From assembly GCA_964016885.1 (NCBI GenBank), contig OZ024745.1:55180001-55244000 (forward strand): a stretch of 64,000 nucleotides of DNA. Reading direction: 5' to 3'. A program made the translations under genes and the position numbers. A model generated the notes under the pieces. The model ran no database searches, had not been told where the DNA came from, and was given only the letters and a program-made list of their open reading frames with translations. Of this stretch, positions 44,451 through 58,718 are shown one piece after another; within the stretch, counting starts at the first letter, position 1, and each line of letters starts with the position of its first letter. The stretch comes from Eledone cirrhosa (Eukaryota).

Positions 44451-47300
44451 TCGTAAAAGTTATATTGCAACCAACAGGTACAGCTATTTGTATCACGAAT
44501 CATATTTTATTGTGTTTATCTTTTATCTTGATATCTAGTCCATTGGCTTTGATTATCCTTTCACTATGTATTGTTAAAATACACAGTATTAGGAAACTGG
44601 GAACTTCAGTTACCGGATATGGATAGTGTCGATAGAGAATTCAAAACACTGAATGTGATGTACTACATATACAATTAGCTCACGTCGGCCTTTCATTAGG
44701 AGGTCACATATTCAAATATTAGCCCCGAGAAGACAACGGCACTCTGACAATCGTCCCCATTCGTGACAGAGTTATGTCAGCGGGCATATATCCTATACCA
44801 CTTTTAATGTGAGCATTACAAAGATAATTATATCAATAATACCACTAGATCTCGTCACACCTACATTAGAGAACATCCAACACACAGGCATCCTCCTTCT
44901 AAGACACAAATAGAGAAATGCAAAAGTACCAACGAAAACATAATAGTTACTATTGAGGCCAGGAATAGGAAAATCGGCTAAATTAGAAACAAACAAGCTA
45001 TATTAATATCTAGGCATAACCAACAAATATACAACATTTTAGGACTCAGCACACACTGCTTAACTTAAAAGTGCACATAACTCTCGATATTAAAACGCAC
45101 ACACACCATAGCCTAAACCAGAATAGCCAACACAAACGGGAAAAAAAACTAAAAACACAATAATGTATATAAACACGCACATATCACGCCTATTTCAATC
45201 CAGAATGTATAATTTTCCAAACGATACTAATTTTCCATCGAAAAACATAACATAAAAGCATAAAAAATGCACAGAATATTTGATAGAAAAACGCACGCTT
45301 ACACACCATTATGCACATGATTTTACATATATCATCCCACTACTTCCGGTAGCTATATATAAACCACCGCCTGCAAATAAAGAATGATATATGGCGCGTC
45401 TCTAAAATCAAAATCACACAGTTCCGTTCCACCGATTCGTTGTAATCTTTTGGTGAAGGGATTTTAGTTTCAAAATATAGAAACGAGTATATGAAAAACC
45501 AGTTAACAGCAACATTCCCGCTTGTATTTCAGTCTTTTTCCGCCAAAGATCGGATTGTGGCTATTTTGCCTCCTCCAATCTGGCCCAGTGAACGTAAGTG
45601 GGTATGTATTTGTTTACTGTAATTATGTTGTTTAATTTTAAATGGTACATTTGTTTTTTGTTGTTACTAAATATGGCTGTGAATCATTTTTGTTATTTTG
45701 GATGTGGGGTTGACTGCATTTGGGATGTGGATTTGTTACCTGTGGTGTGCCTTGTGATGTTGATGGTGCTGTTGGTGTGGGTGAGATTGATTCGTGCATT
45801 GGTGTTTGTGAGGTGTGCTTTAGTGCTTTGGATCGTTTGTCTTCGCTTTCCTGAAATCTTTGATTAAATTATTACATTACTTTCATGTTTATTATTTTCA
45901 TTCCGTCAACACACATGAACATTAATTTTGTGAGCAACTTAATTTATTAGTAAAATTTTAGTTTGCATTTACAATACTTTTTGTGCAACAAATTTATTAA
46001 TGAGAAATTAATCGCTTGAAGAAAAAACGAATGCGAATACTTTATGTCTGAGAAATACAGAATGTGCACGCATAGAGGTGACGATTAAGAATACAATACA
46101 CTAACTATTAAAACCTATGTTTCTGAGAGAATTACGTAACGACCAATACAATAAAAAATATATTGAAATCTTTAAACAAGGGAATATTATAAGAGGATAT
46201 ACGTATGGAGTAAATAGAGAAAAATAATAAAGCTGAAACACTCCATTGTGAGAAAAAAAGTTAAAGCTTCATTTGCACAAATGAGTTTCTAACGAAATTA
46301 TTTGAAGAAGCATAAAATTGGCTGATTGCTTTTATAATGCAGAAATATTTTTTTTAACATATATACAGCACATATAATATGTAATATTGATTGCAACATA
46401 TCTTGAACATCGAACCTTTAGATTGAATAATCGTACCTATAGTATACGAGAGACATATTTAACTAGTGTGTAGCAATATGAATGTTACTGTTTATATTCG
46501 GATGGATGCTATTTTGTTGTGATGCTTTTGGTACCATAGAAATATATTTTGTCTTAAGATTTTATTTCCACAAAGCTGAACGTATGTGCGATGTATTAAA
46601 GTGCAGTTAGATTCATACACGATGTTTAGTGAATTTTCGTTGAGTATCTCCTTTATGAATGCGAGCAATGGCACATTCTCCACATGATATTTTTTGCAGT
46701 TGTTAACATAATTCGTGCTTTATACGGCGTAAGACATTTTATCTTTATTTAGCACTTTAAAATATTAAATGAAATGATGGGCAAAGAATCATCGCCACAC
46801 AAGTGTTCGTATAGCCACAATTAAGAAAGTGTAATATTTAATTTACGTGGTTAGTAATAAACCTGACATATTTATTCAAATCTCCAATGTGTGCTCCTAT
46901 CCTACGATTCATAAAGAATTAATCTAGTGTCACCAATCACAATAATTGCCTCTATCTTTCCTACAGTTTGCTTTAAGTCACCCAGCTGATATACAGTGTG
47001 GGATGAAATAAGTTCATAGCATGTCTAGAATACGATCCAATATTTTCCCTATTTATTTTGAAGAGAAAGAATTGTGACAAAGTACAACATTTTAAGTTTC
47101 CTAATCTTATTTGGATCTATTTGTCAATGGAAGATCGCAAATATCTAAGTAAAAGAATGAATGAGAAGTACTACTTTTTATTATACGATTACGAATTCCA
47201 ATTCAGAAATGTCATATGGCCTGTCATAAAGTAACATTTCTCAATCGGGTTACACTCAAGACAAGTTCTTACAAATATATATTTATATATATATATATAT

Positions 47301-47761
47301 TAAATGAAGAATTTCCGTAGGAGAAAGTAAAGGAAAAGAGAGTGCTGTATGTAGGCTACAGAGCTTTTGAGTTATGTGATAAGCAACATAAGATACTTAT
47401 TTCATATACCAGTGGTTTCTTGAAGACATATATTTATGTCTGTCTTCATTCATCAGAAGAAAATTTATTTATGAAATAGTAAGTAATATGGATTTGAAAA
47501 CAGAGTATAGCATAAATGAAAGTGAGGCTGAAATGAAATAATGGGAAAAAATTGGGCGGAAAAAGAAATTAATAAATAAATATCCAAATACATAAACATA
47601 CACAAACTCACGCATATACGTAATAGTACGTAAACATATACTTTCATACATAAGTATGTGTGCGTCTGCATGGAAATACAAATAAACACATATGCGTGTG
47701 ATCTTTCACTCACATATGCGCAACCACAGGCGAACGTTCATACACGTACTCAGTATTAACG

Positions 47762-47770
<9 letters not shown>
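47301..47770 (-). mobile_element. Family B left arm with tail and HHR (47400-47460); inverted partner of 53918-54312
   Basis: Reverse complement of 53918-54312 over about 400 bp with scattered mismatches. Confidence 0.85.
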
Positions 47771-47844
<74 letters not shown>

Positions 47845-48254
47845 GCACATCTCTCCATACATACATATATCAATATATATTTCAATTCCATTTCGATTCT
47901 CTTTATTTTACAATTCACGTACCATCGTTGCGAAACATATTTAGGTTTCGAAATTCAAATTCATCTACGGAGCGGGTTTTAGATTTTGAAATTTAGATTT
48001 GTCCAGGAATCACGGCCTTTGCCAATATAAGCTTGTCTTTATTGACTTATATCGAGACAGACAAATTGTATTCACTTTAATTAGTTTATTTCATTAATAG
48101 CTAACTTTGTCTGTTGCAATGCAAACACGTTTTGTGTTTATCATATATATTATGTATTTAACTGCTCGGAAATGCCCCTTTCTTGGAGCTGATTTATTGT
48201 AAACTACTGAGAGTTTAATCTCAAATTATAATATAGTATATCAATATATATATA

Positions 48255-48530
48255 GAAGTTCTATTTAAATTATTGGGATACAACAATCACATTTTTATAA
48301 CTGATATAAAGCACTCAACAAATTATTGGAGTAAAAATACGATATATTAACAAATGGAAACTATATTCATAAAACCATATTTATTTCATTATACATATTT
48401 CAAGGATACCAAGTTAAATTATGGTGTGCTTTCATCAGATAAAATATAATATAGATCAGATTTATAAATAAATATTGACATACCCTTAAAGAATGCGACC
48501 ATTTCTGTTGGAAGCTCCCGGCTAGTGGGT
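48255..48530 (-). mobile_element. Family A PLE 3' fragment with tail and HHR (48382-48446)
   Basis: tattttat-CTGATGA..GAAA-tatgta-TA-atgaaata; tail homologous to 53034-53122. Confidence 0.75.
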
Positions 48531-48679
48531 TATTAAATTTATTTATTCTATTATGCAAATTAGTGTCGGATATGTTTAAATCACAGTAGATTTAAAAGAG
48601 GCCGTTGGGGTATGGAGAAAGGGAAAGAAAAGAAAGAAAAAAAAGAGAAAAAAGACCAAACTCTAAGAGGAAAAATATG

Positions 48680-48732
<53 letters not shown>

Positions 48733-48734
<2 letters not shown>

Positions 48735-51700
48735 GATATTAAACAAATGGAAACTATATTTATATTTATAAAACCATATTTATTTCGTTATATATATTTT
48801 TGGGATATCATATTAAAAATATGTTATGCCTTCCTCAGACAAAATACAATACATAAGCTGTTTTATAAATAATTAGTGACATACCTTGTGATAATGCAAC
48901 TTCCTTTCAAAAAGTTGATTTGGTAGTGAAACTGTTATGACAGTTATATAGAAAGAAAACGAAGATGAGAAGAAGAAGATGAAGAGATGTATGCAAAGAA
49001 AAACAACGGAGCGAGATAGAGAGACAAGGAGAGAGAGAAATACATTGATGGTGAAAAAACACAGTAGGCTGCATTTTGACAGATGATCATCGTATATGTG
49101 AGAGGTTAAGGGAAGGGATACCGTGTATAGGAGAAAAAGAAAGAAAGATGATATATTTAAAATATATTAAAAATATTAAAAATATATTATGTCTCATCCA
49201 TTTGAATTATCAATTTTTATGAATTAGGTATTATAATGTAAATATCAGTATTCATGAATGAGACACATATCCATAATGTGTGAAAAAAATGACCACATGC
49301 TCAATTAAAAATTCTTAGGTCTATAAGCAAAATCTGAGATAAAACTTCAAACATAAGTATATATGCATTCTCGTGAAAAAAGAGAAAAGAGAAGGTTATC
49401 TCAAATTCAAGTTGATAAATATAGACGCACATGTGAACCTACGTGATACGCTGCACTGATTCTTATATTTCATGAAACACTTCAATGCGTTAGAAAAGAT
49501 TCCACCCTACATACATTTACATACATATCTACATATATATAGACACAAAACATATAAGATATACATTAACATCTAAAATAACATTCCAGCCTCACTTGCA
49601 TGATCATCGATCAAGCATAGAGTAGACAACAGATATCAATATTAAAATTAAAAACGCCAAGAATATCTTCGTCACTCCACAGAGTATCTAGGGACGCAAG
49701 AGAACATAGTATGCCACGCATATCGGTCATAGAATCAGAGTCAAAAGCAAACAAAACCAAAATTGTTCATCAAGCCTTATTTAGCAGAAATCATTCAAAA
49801 CTTATTCTACAAATGCTCTTATATTTATTATAGAAGTTTATCCAGCTTAAAAATGTATTCAAAAGATTGGGGACAACGCCAATTATAGGGTAGTTTATTT
49901 AATCTCATTAATTATATATTCATGCAGAAAGGTTTTTAAAAAAAAAAATTTAAGGAATCGAAAGATTTATCGCCAAGTATCACAAATAATCAAATACCTT
50001 AAGTAAATATACTACATTTTATATTACATTTTAAATATATATTTATATTTAAATGTTGAGTTCAATCTATGTCAGCAACAGCTGAATAAATTGGTTCGCA
50101 AGAGAAATTTTGAAAATGACTTGCCAGTCAGGTTGATTGCACCATCAAAATCTGATCTGTGTAAACTTAGCAAGAACATTCTAGACAGAGTGATACAGCA
50201 AATTAAGGACTTGAATTGTTTACCTGGCTTGACCTTGTGGAAGGGAACTGGGGAGGTCATTGAGTGGTTTAATGAAATTAAATATAACAATAATAATAAA
50301 TTTATTCAACTAGATATTGCTAACTACTATTCATCCATTACCCCTAATCTACTTAATAAGGCACTAAATTACGCATTCAAGCATACAGACCTAACTAGCA
50401 ATGAAATGCACATTATATTATCGGCAAGGAAAACTTTGATAGAATTTAATAACCAACTATGGACTAGTGCAGATAGAGATAATAATTTTGACATTACTAT
50501 GGGATCATCAGACTCAGCTCAGGTAACGGACCTTGTGGGCCTATTTATAATTAATTCGCTGCATAGGAAAATACCCGGTGTTACCGGAGGTTTATATAGA
50601 GATGACATGCTTTTACTTATTGAAAATAATAACTCTGAACTAAATAAGAAAAGAAAACAAATTATACAATTTTTTAATTACCTTAATCTAAAAATAGAAA
50701 TTGAGAATAACCATAGAATAGTCAATTTCCTAGACGTAACATATAATCTCAACACATGTCTTCACTATCCATTTCACAAGTTAAATGAAAACTTGAATTA
50801 TGTCAATTTTAGCTCCAATCACCCCCAGATCTGTCAAAAATACTATAGTGAACTCTGTTCAAAAACGTATCTCTAGAATCTCTTCCAATAAAAATATTTT
50901 TGACGAAAAAGCCCAGTATTATAATGAAGCTTTAGCTAGAGCAGGATATAGTGATAAAATTATGTACATCGATAATAGACAAACTAACCAAAATAACAAC
51001 AATTTTAATTACAGTAACAACTTTAACAACTATAATAGAAAGCACTACAATAATTTCAAAAACCAGAAAAGAAATAGAACTAGAAATATAATATGGTTTG
51101 CCCCCCCCCCCCCCCCCCCCCTTCTCACTAAACATTAAAACCCACATCGCTAAACTATTTTTTAATGCTCTTGACAAACGCTTCCCTAGAACACATAAGT
51201 ATCACTCAATTTTTAATAGACATACTATAAAATTAACGTACTCGTCCACCAAAAATTTAGCACAAAATATTAATAGAATAAATAATAGGAATCTAAAACC
51301 TAGCCAAAATACCGAAAATAGCCTAAACAATATTCAACTAAAAAACTGTAACTGTAGAGATAGATCTAAATGTCCGCTAAATAACAATTGCTTAGTTAAA
51401 AATATAATATACAACTGTAATGTTAGAACTGATTTAAATTCTTTTAATTATGTTGGTTCCACCTCGACAGAATTTAAACTTCGCTATAATAATCACAAAA
51501 ACTCTTTCACGGATCCAAATAAAAAATCCTCAACATCGCTGTCAGGGTTACTCTGGCAACTTAAGCATGATAAAGTTGGATATTCGATGGTTTGGAATAT
51601 AGTCTCAAAAGGGATTCCTTTTAATTCCTCTTCTGAGACTTGTGACCTCTGCGCGGAGGAGATATTCTTTATATTAAAATCTAAAAATTCCCTTAATTTA

Positions 51701-53119
51701 CGAAGCAATTTATTCAGCTGTTGCAGACATAGATTGAACTCAACATTTAAATATAAATATAAATTTAAAATGTAATATAAAATGTAGTATATTTACTTAA
51801 GGTATTTGACTATTTGTGATACCTGGCGATAAATCTTTCGATTCCTTAAATTTTTTTTTTTTAAAACATTTCTGCATGAATATATAATTAATGAGATTAA
51901 ATAAACTACCCTATAATTGGCGTTGTCCCCAATCTTTTGAATAAATTTTTAAGCTGGATAAACTTCTATAATAAATATAAGAGCATTTGTAGAATAAGTT
52001 TTGAATGATTTCTGCTAAATAAGGCTTGATGAACAATTTTGGTTTTGTTTGCTTTTGACTCTGATTCTATGACCGATATGCGTGGCATACTATGTTCTCT
52101 TGCGTCCCTAGATACTCTGTGGAGTGACGAAGATATTCTTGGCGTTTTTAATTTTAATATTGATATCTGTTGTTTACTCTATGCTTGATCGATGATCATG
52201 CAAGTGAGGCTGGAATGTTATTTTAGATGTTAATGTATATCTTATATGTTTTGAAGTTTTTCATGAAATATAAGAATCAGTGCAGCGTATCACGTAGGTT
52301 CACATGTGTGTCTATATTTATCAACTTGAATTTGAGATAACCTTCGCTTTTCTCTTTTTTCACGAGAATGCATATATACTTATGTTTGAAGTTTTATCTC
52401 AGATTTTGCTTATAGACCTAAGAATTTTTAACTGAGCATGTGGTCATTTTTTTCACACATTATGGATATGTGTCTCATTCATGAATACTGATATTTACAT
52501 TATAATACCTAATTCATAAAAATTGATAATTCAAATGGATGAGACATAATATATTTTTAATATTTTTAATATATTTTAAATATATCATCTTTCTTTCTTT
52601 TTCTCCTATACACGGTATCCCTTCCCTTAACCTCTCACATATACGATGATCATCTGTCAAAATGCAGCCTACTATGTTTTTTCACCATCAATGTATTTCT
52701 CTCTCTCCTTGTCTCTCTATCTCGCTCCGTTGTTTTTCTTTGCATACATCTCTTCATCTTCTTCTTTATTTGCATACATCTCTTCATCTTCTTCTTCTCA
52801 TCTTCGTTTTCTTTCTATATAACTGTCATAACAGTTTCACTACCAAATCAACTTTTTAAAAGGAAGTTGCATTATCACAAGGTATGTCACTAATTATTTA
52901 TAAAACAGCTTATGTATTGTATTTTGTCTGAGGAAGGCATAACATATTTTTAATATGATATCCCAAACATATATATAACGAAATAAATATGGTTTTATAA
53001 ATATAAATATAGTTTCCATTTGTTTAATATCGTAAACCTACTCCAGAAACTGTTGAGTGCTTTTATATCAGTTATAAAATATTTACTCGTTGTAACCCAA
53101 CAATCTTAAATAAAACTTT

Positions 53120-53122
<3 letters not shown>
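48733..53122 (+). mobile_element. PLE-3: young 5'-truncated Penelope-like element flanked by about 1.35-kb inverted arms (48733-50098 and 51700-53033) plus 3' tail (53034-53122)
   Basis: RT-GIY-YIG ORFs between near-identical reverse-complement arms; (TA)n on both sides. Confidence 0.93.
50091..51775 (+). pseudogene. PLE-3 RT + Cys linker + GIY-YIG ORF, split by two frameshifts in poly-C runs (about 50822 and 51101-51121)
   Basis: RLIAPSKSDL; QLDIANYYSSI; FDITMGSSDSAQVTDLVG; GLYRDDM; VNFLDVT; SNHP; IIWFAPP; CNCR..CPL..C; IIY..YVG..FKLRY.NH; CDLC..E; CRH. Confidence 0.92.
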
Positions 53123-53172
<50 letters not shown>

Positions 53173-53635
53173 TTACATATACATACACATATATCTCTAC
53201 ACATACACTCACATATATATATATACACATTTATATATACACATACATACACACATAATTATACCCACTCACTCAAGCACATACAAAACAAATGTAAACA
53301 AACATAAGCACATCTGCCTAAACACGCACGTATATAAAGACATAAGTTCACACACAAGCGCGCACGCTTACACTTATGTGTGCACATAGACGTAATCGTA
53401 AATATATATATATACACACACACATAAATGTGGATACTTAAACATTTGCACACATACAGACTTATACGACATATGTATGACACCAACCGACGACATATTG
53501 GGAAGTAGTTGGGGGAACAGATATAAAGAAATAAAATAAAAAAATAAAAAATAAAGGATAGGAAATAAAATGAAAGCATAAAGGAACGGGTTGACAACGA
53601 AAGGTAGCGGGAAAATTAATAAATATATATATATT

Positions 53636-53915
53636 TATACGATATTAACAAATGGAAACTATATTTATAAAACCATATTTATTTTATTATACATATTTCA
53701 AGGACACCACGTTAAATTATGGTGTGCTTTCATCAGACAAAATACAATATAGATCAGTTTTATAAATAAATATTGACATACCCTTAAAAAAATGCAACCA
53801 TTACTGTTGGAAGCTCCACATATCGTATATTTACTCCAAATACTTGTTGAGTGCTTTATATCAGTTATAAAAATATTTGCTTGTTGTATCCCAACAATTT
53901 AAATAGAACTTTTGC
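53636..53915. mobile_element. Family A short insertion: HHR part on minus (53636-53815, HHR 53680-53744) joined to tail on plus (53820-53915)
   Basis: Comparison with the colinear copy at 48255-48530. Confidence 0.75.
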
Positions 53916-53917
53916 AT

Positions 53918-54312
53918 ATATATTTATACGTTAATACTGAGTACGTGTATGAATGCGCGCCTGTGGTTGCGCATATGTGAGTGAAAGATCACACGCATAT
54001 GTGTGTATTTGTATTTCCATGCAGACGCACACATACTTATGTGTGAATGTATATGTTTACGTACTATTACGTATATGGGTGAGTTTGTGTATGTTTATGT
54101 ATTTGGATATGTATTTATTAATTTTGTTTCCCCTCAATTTTTTCCGTTATTTTATTTCAGCCTCACTTTCATTTATCCTATACCCTGCTTTGAAATCCAT
54201 ATTACTATTTCATAAATAACTTTTCATCTGATGACTGAAGACAGACATGAATATGTCTTCAAGAAACCACTGGTAAATGAAATAATTATCTTATGTTGTT
54301 TATTACATAACT
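53918..54312 (+). mobile_element. Family B right arm with HHR
   Basis: Inverted partner of 47370-47770; ends acataac-(TA)n. Confidence 0.85.
54222..54282 (+). ncRNA. Type I hammerhead ribozyme (family B)
   Basis: tttcat-CTGATGA-c-tgaagaca..tgtcttca-a-GAAA-cca c tgg-TA-aatgaaa. Confidence 0.8.
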
Positions 54313-54332
54313 ATATATATATATATATATAT

Positions 54333-55210
<878 letters not shown>

Positions 55211-55229
55211 TTACAACATTATTACAACA

Positions 55230-55413
55230 ATGTCTCGCTCGCTTTACGCGATTTACTTGTCCCAATAGCTTTATTTAGCTATTGCTCGCACCAACTGGAG
55301 GTATATGGTTTTTAAAGCGATGAAATACCAATGAAGGTTGAAAAATCATTGATGAAGGACTATTTTTATCATATGTAACCCATGTGCAACCACGCAGTAT
55401 TCATTCTTCTCAT

Positions 55414-55415
<2 letters not shown>
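55230..55415 (+). mobile_element. Family D 3' fragment
   Basis: Near-identical to 60702-60890. Confidence 0.75.
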
Positions 55416-55495
<80 letters not shown>

Positions 55496-56368
55496 ACATA
55501 ACATGGGGCTGGACGGGTGTAATTCCTTAAAGGTTTATTATACTATGATCATTTCAAAGACAGGGTTCAGTATGAATCCGGTGACATCATCAGGTATTCG
55601 AAATATAACAAAGGAATATAATAGACAAAATCCATGGGGCTGAACATCAGAGACTTGAGGGCGACCAAACATGTAGCAGCTTCTACCCTAGTCAGCCGCC
55701 CTCTAGTGGTCATTATTAAGCCTACCTTAGGCTTATAGTGGACAACTACCACCCCGTCACAGACATAGGCAAGTGGTGAGATGAGGTTACAATCAAGCTG
55801 GTCATGAGTGCTAGAAAGAGCCGCGAAAAATATTTTTTCAAAGAACATATATCTTTAACAATGCTATATATAGTAATATATAGTGGGCGTCTGCATAGTA
55901 TAATGTATGGACACAAATTAGGATTAACTATTAGAAACGTTACATTTATGTTTAGAGTTAGAAGATGCCATTTAAGATGAAATTAGAAAAATATGGTTTA
56001 TGTTTAAAGTTGGGAGATTTAGCTAGAGAATTTATAGAAGCAGGCTTTTATTAAAAAGTTTAAGTGTATTATATATAGTCACGATAAATTGTCAGGGTAG
56101 AAAATGGAGTAAAGATTAATCCTATGCTTAATCTTTTTCGAGCACTCCAGGAATGTGAACTGTCTTAAGCGTCGGGTATGTTAGCGGGAAGTCCGCCACC
56201 GTCGGCTGGCTATCGTATATACCAAACGAGTATTAGCTATTCACACTGGTGGGGGATTTAGTTAAGTGCTAGTAGTAGGAGGCATGAATGTTAAAAGTTA
56301 TGATTAAACCTAGAATTTAAAGGCACTGTTTGGCGGTCAATAACCGGTGGCGCGGCGGATTATAAGTC

Positions 56369-56476
<108 letters not shown>

Positions 56477-57329
56477 AGGAAAAATATTTGAAAATGCAAC
56501 TGTCGTCTTTTAAGAATATTTATTTACTTTACCTGTTTCACAGTTATTATGATTATCAAAAGCCAAATTGTGATAATGAGGTTGATGCTTCTGTTGCGAG
56601 AGACACCAATGCCGTTGCTCACTGAGTGGGAAAGACAATATGTACGTCATTGGAAACATTTTTTGGTCTCATGATTTTGAGATTTATTGTAGGAAACTCG
56701 GAGTTCTTTGGATACACTTAAAATTCTCTTAGGAATGTTTAGTCGGCTTCTATGTTTCTAAATACAATATCAATTTAATTGACTGCTGGCAAACCGTATT
56801 TCCTTCTGCCCATAATACCATCTCTGTTGAATACTAAATTAACGCTCTTCTTGAAATTCAATTCCACGAAGTGTTCGAAAAGTCTTAATATACACATTGT
56901 CGTTACACGCCTAATATTTTCCAGTATTTCGAGGACTTCGATTGAACCTGAATTGACGTGACTCTGAGCACTAATTTCTGCTGTTAGAGCGTTGACTACA
57001 ACATAAAGCTGAGCATATTGTCTTCATTCGCCTCATTTTGTTCGCATAAGTGAAGTTATTTGGTAAATATCTTCATGTACGCGGATACAAATTACGAAAT
57101 GGGTCTCTTTCTGTTGTTTTCTGCACTTGAGCACCAACACAAAGCGAATGATAGTATTGAACTATACGATCGAATGTTTTGCCTGAAATTCTTGTAAGGT
57201 GTTAGACTTGATCAGATAGCAAGGGAACTAAAAATGATGGGAATTCTCTTCTGATAGGCGGTTAATATTTTACTTTGTGTCAACAATTATTAAAACGTCA
57301 ATCCGATGGTTTTCCCGCAGAAAAGTGTT

Positions 57330-58255
57330 TTCTTAATGGTGTCGATGTATGCGATTTAGTTGGGTTATATATATATATATAAGATACATTGCGAATAAAA
57401 CTTCCAGATTTTCATACAGGTTTATACCACGACGATGGTCTGACACTATTGTTACATAAAAGCAGTCATGACCTCGACCGATTCAGGAAAAAGCTGATAA
57501 CCACGTTCAATGAATTAGGATTTATGATCTATGTAGCCACTTATCTGACTAAATTATTTAGACATAAATCAACCTACGTACACTCGCATTGAAACATTTG
57601 CATAAACCTAATGAAAAATTGATTCATATACGCAACGACACAAGGCACCCACGTATTGTTTTTAAAACTTGGTCAAAATTATCAGTTATAGGATTTCTAA
57701 TGTTCTTCTAATAAGGCCACCGTTGACAGCAAATCTTCTCCGATAACATTTCTTACTTCCCTCCTAATCAGAATACCAGCTGAAATAAAACAGAAATAAA
57801 ATGTTGGAGTTAGAACTAATGTAGGTAAGAAATTATTAACGCTCCTAGACAAACACTTCTCTATAGCATATACATACAGATATATATTTAATAGACAGTG
57901 TGAATCCTGGGTATTTTTCTGCAAAAAAATAGGAAAGTCCACATCCCTATCAACCAGATGTGCTCTCCCGCAACCAGATGCTCTTTCAATAGGCCGGATA
58001 CGTTCCCGCTACAATAACAGTGTAACACACCCACAGTCATCTATGAGGCTTAAGTAACATCGGTTCGGCCGACTCAACAACAGGAGGTCAAAATATATCT
58101 AGGTATGTCGAAGGGCCTGTGTAAAGAACTCTTCCTTAACCATCAGCCGACCATTAGACACTCTAATAAGAGATCGGCGACAAAACTGGCAAGTATGATC
58201 ACTCACGGATGCAGATGTGAATTTCTCTAGTCAATGGAAAATTCTCACTAACTCG
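57330..58255 (+). pseudogene. PLE-5: heavily decayed RT/GIY-YIG remnant (PLE-3-like group)
   Basis: DVCDLVG; GLYHDDG; KPNEKL; RTNVGKKLL.LLDKHF; YIFNR; VIYEA..YLGMS..ATKLA..WKIL. Confidence 0.8.
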
Positions 58256-58531
58256 GAACAGAACTGCTAAATTTCACAAATTACACTGTATTTGCCTACA
58301 CAATTTGAATATCTTGCACAGATACCAAAATCATCACCTATTGGAAATATGTTGATCATCGGTGTTTTCAATCACAGCTCTTACTTGAACGACCAATTTG
58401 GCCTGACAAAGTTGATGCTGGTGGGTTTCTCTGTGTTGGTAATAACTACACTATGTCACCTTCACAAAATTAATAGAATACATTTTCATGTTTAAAGTAT
58501 CTATGTAGCTTTCATTATTGATATATGTAAG

Positions 58532-58718
58532 GGCAGTGGATTGGTAGTATCGGTAGAGGGTCGGACGCCATGCTTTCCAGCATAGTTACGTTCCTTTACG
58601 ATCTGAGTTCAAATCCCGCCGAGGTTGACTTTGCCTTTCAGCCTTACGGGGTCGATACAATAAAGTACCAGTAATGCTCTGGGTAATTGCTGGCCTTGTG
58701 CCTAAAGTAGAAACAATT
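58532..58718 (+). mobile_element. tRNA-derived SINE with Meta-type central domain (octopus-like)
   Basis: A-box-like tggtagtatcgg, B-box gagttcaaatcc, central gactttgcctttca.cctt.cggggtcgata..a.agtaccag. Confidence 0.75.

Noticed and set aside
44640-45870. Strand-biased segments here and at 55500-57300 that look like repeats or decayed coding DNA
   Set aside because: No motif, terminus or second copy found to support a call
48733-53033. DNA transposon or Polinton interpretation of long terminal inverted repeats
   Set aside because: Enclosed protein is PLE RT/GIY-YIG and the arm overlaps the ORF end; no transposase
58532-58620. tRNA gene
   Set aside because: A/B-box head of a SINE; no cloverleaf
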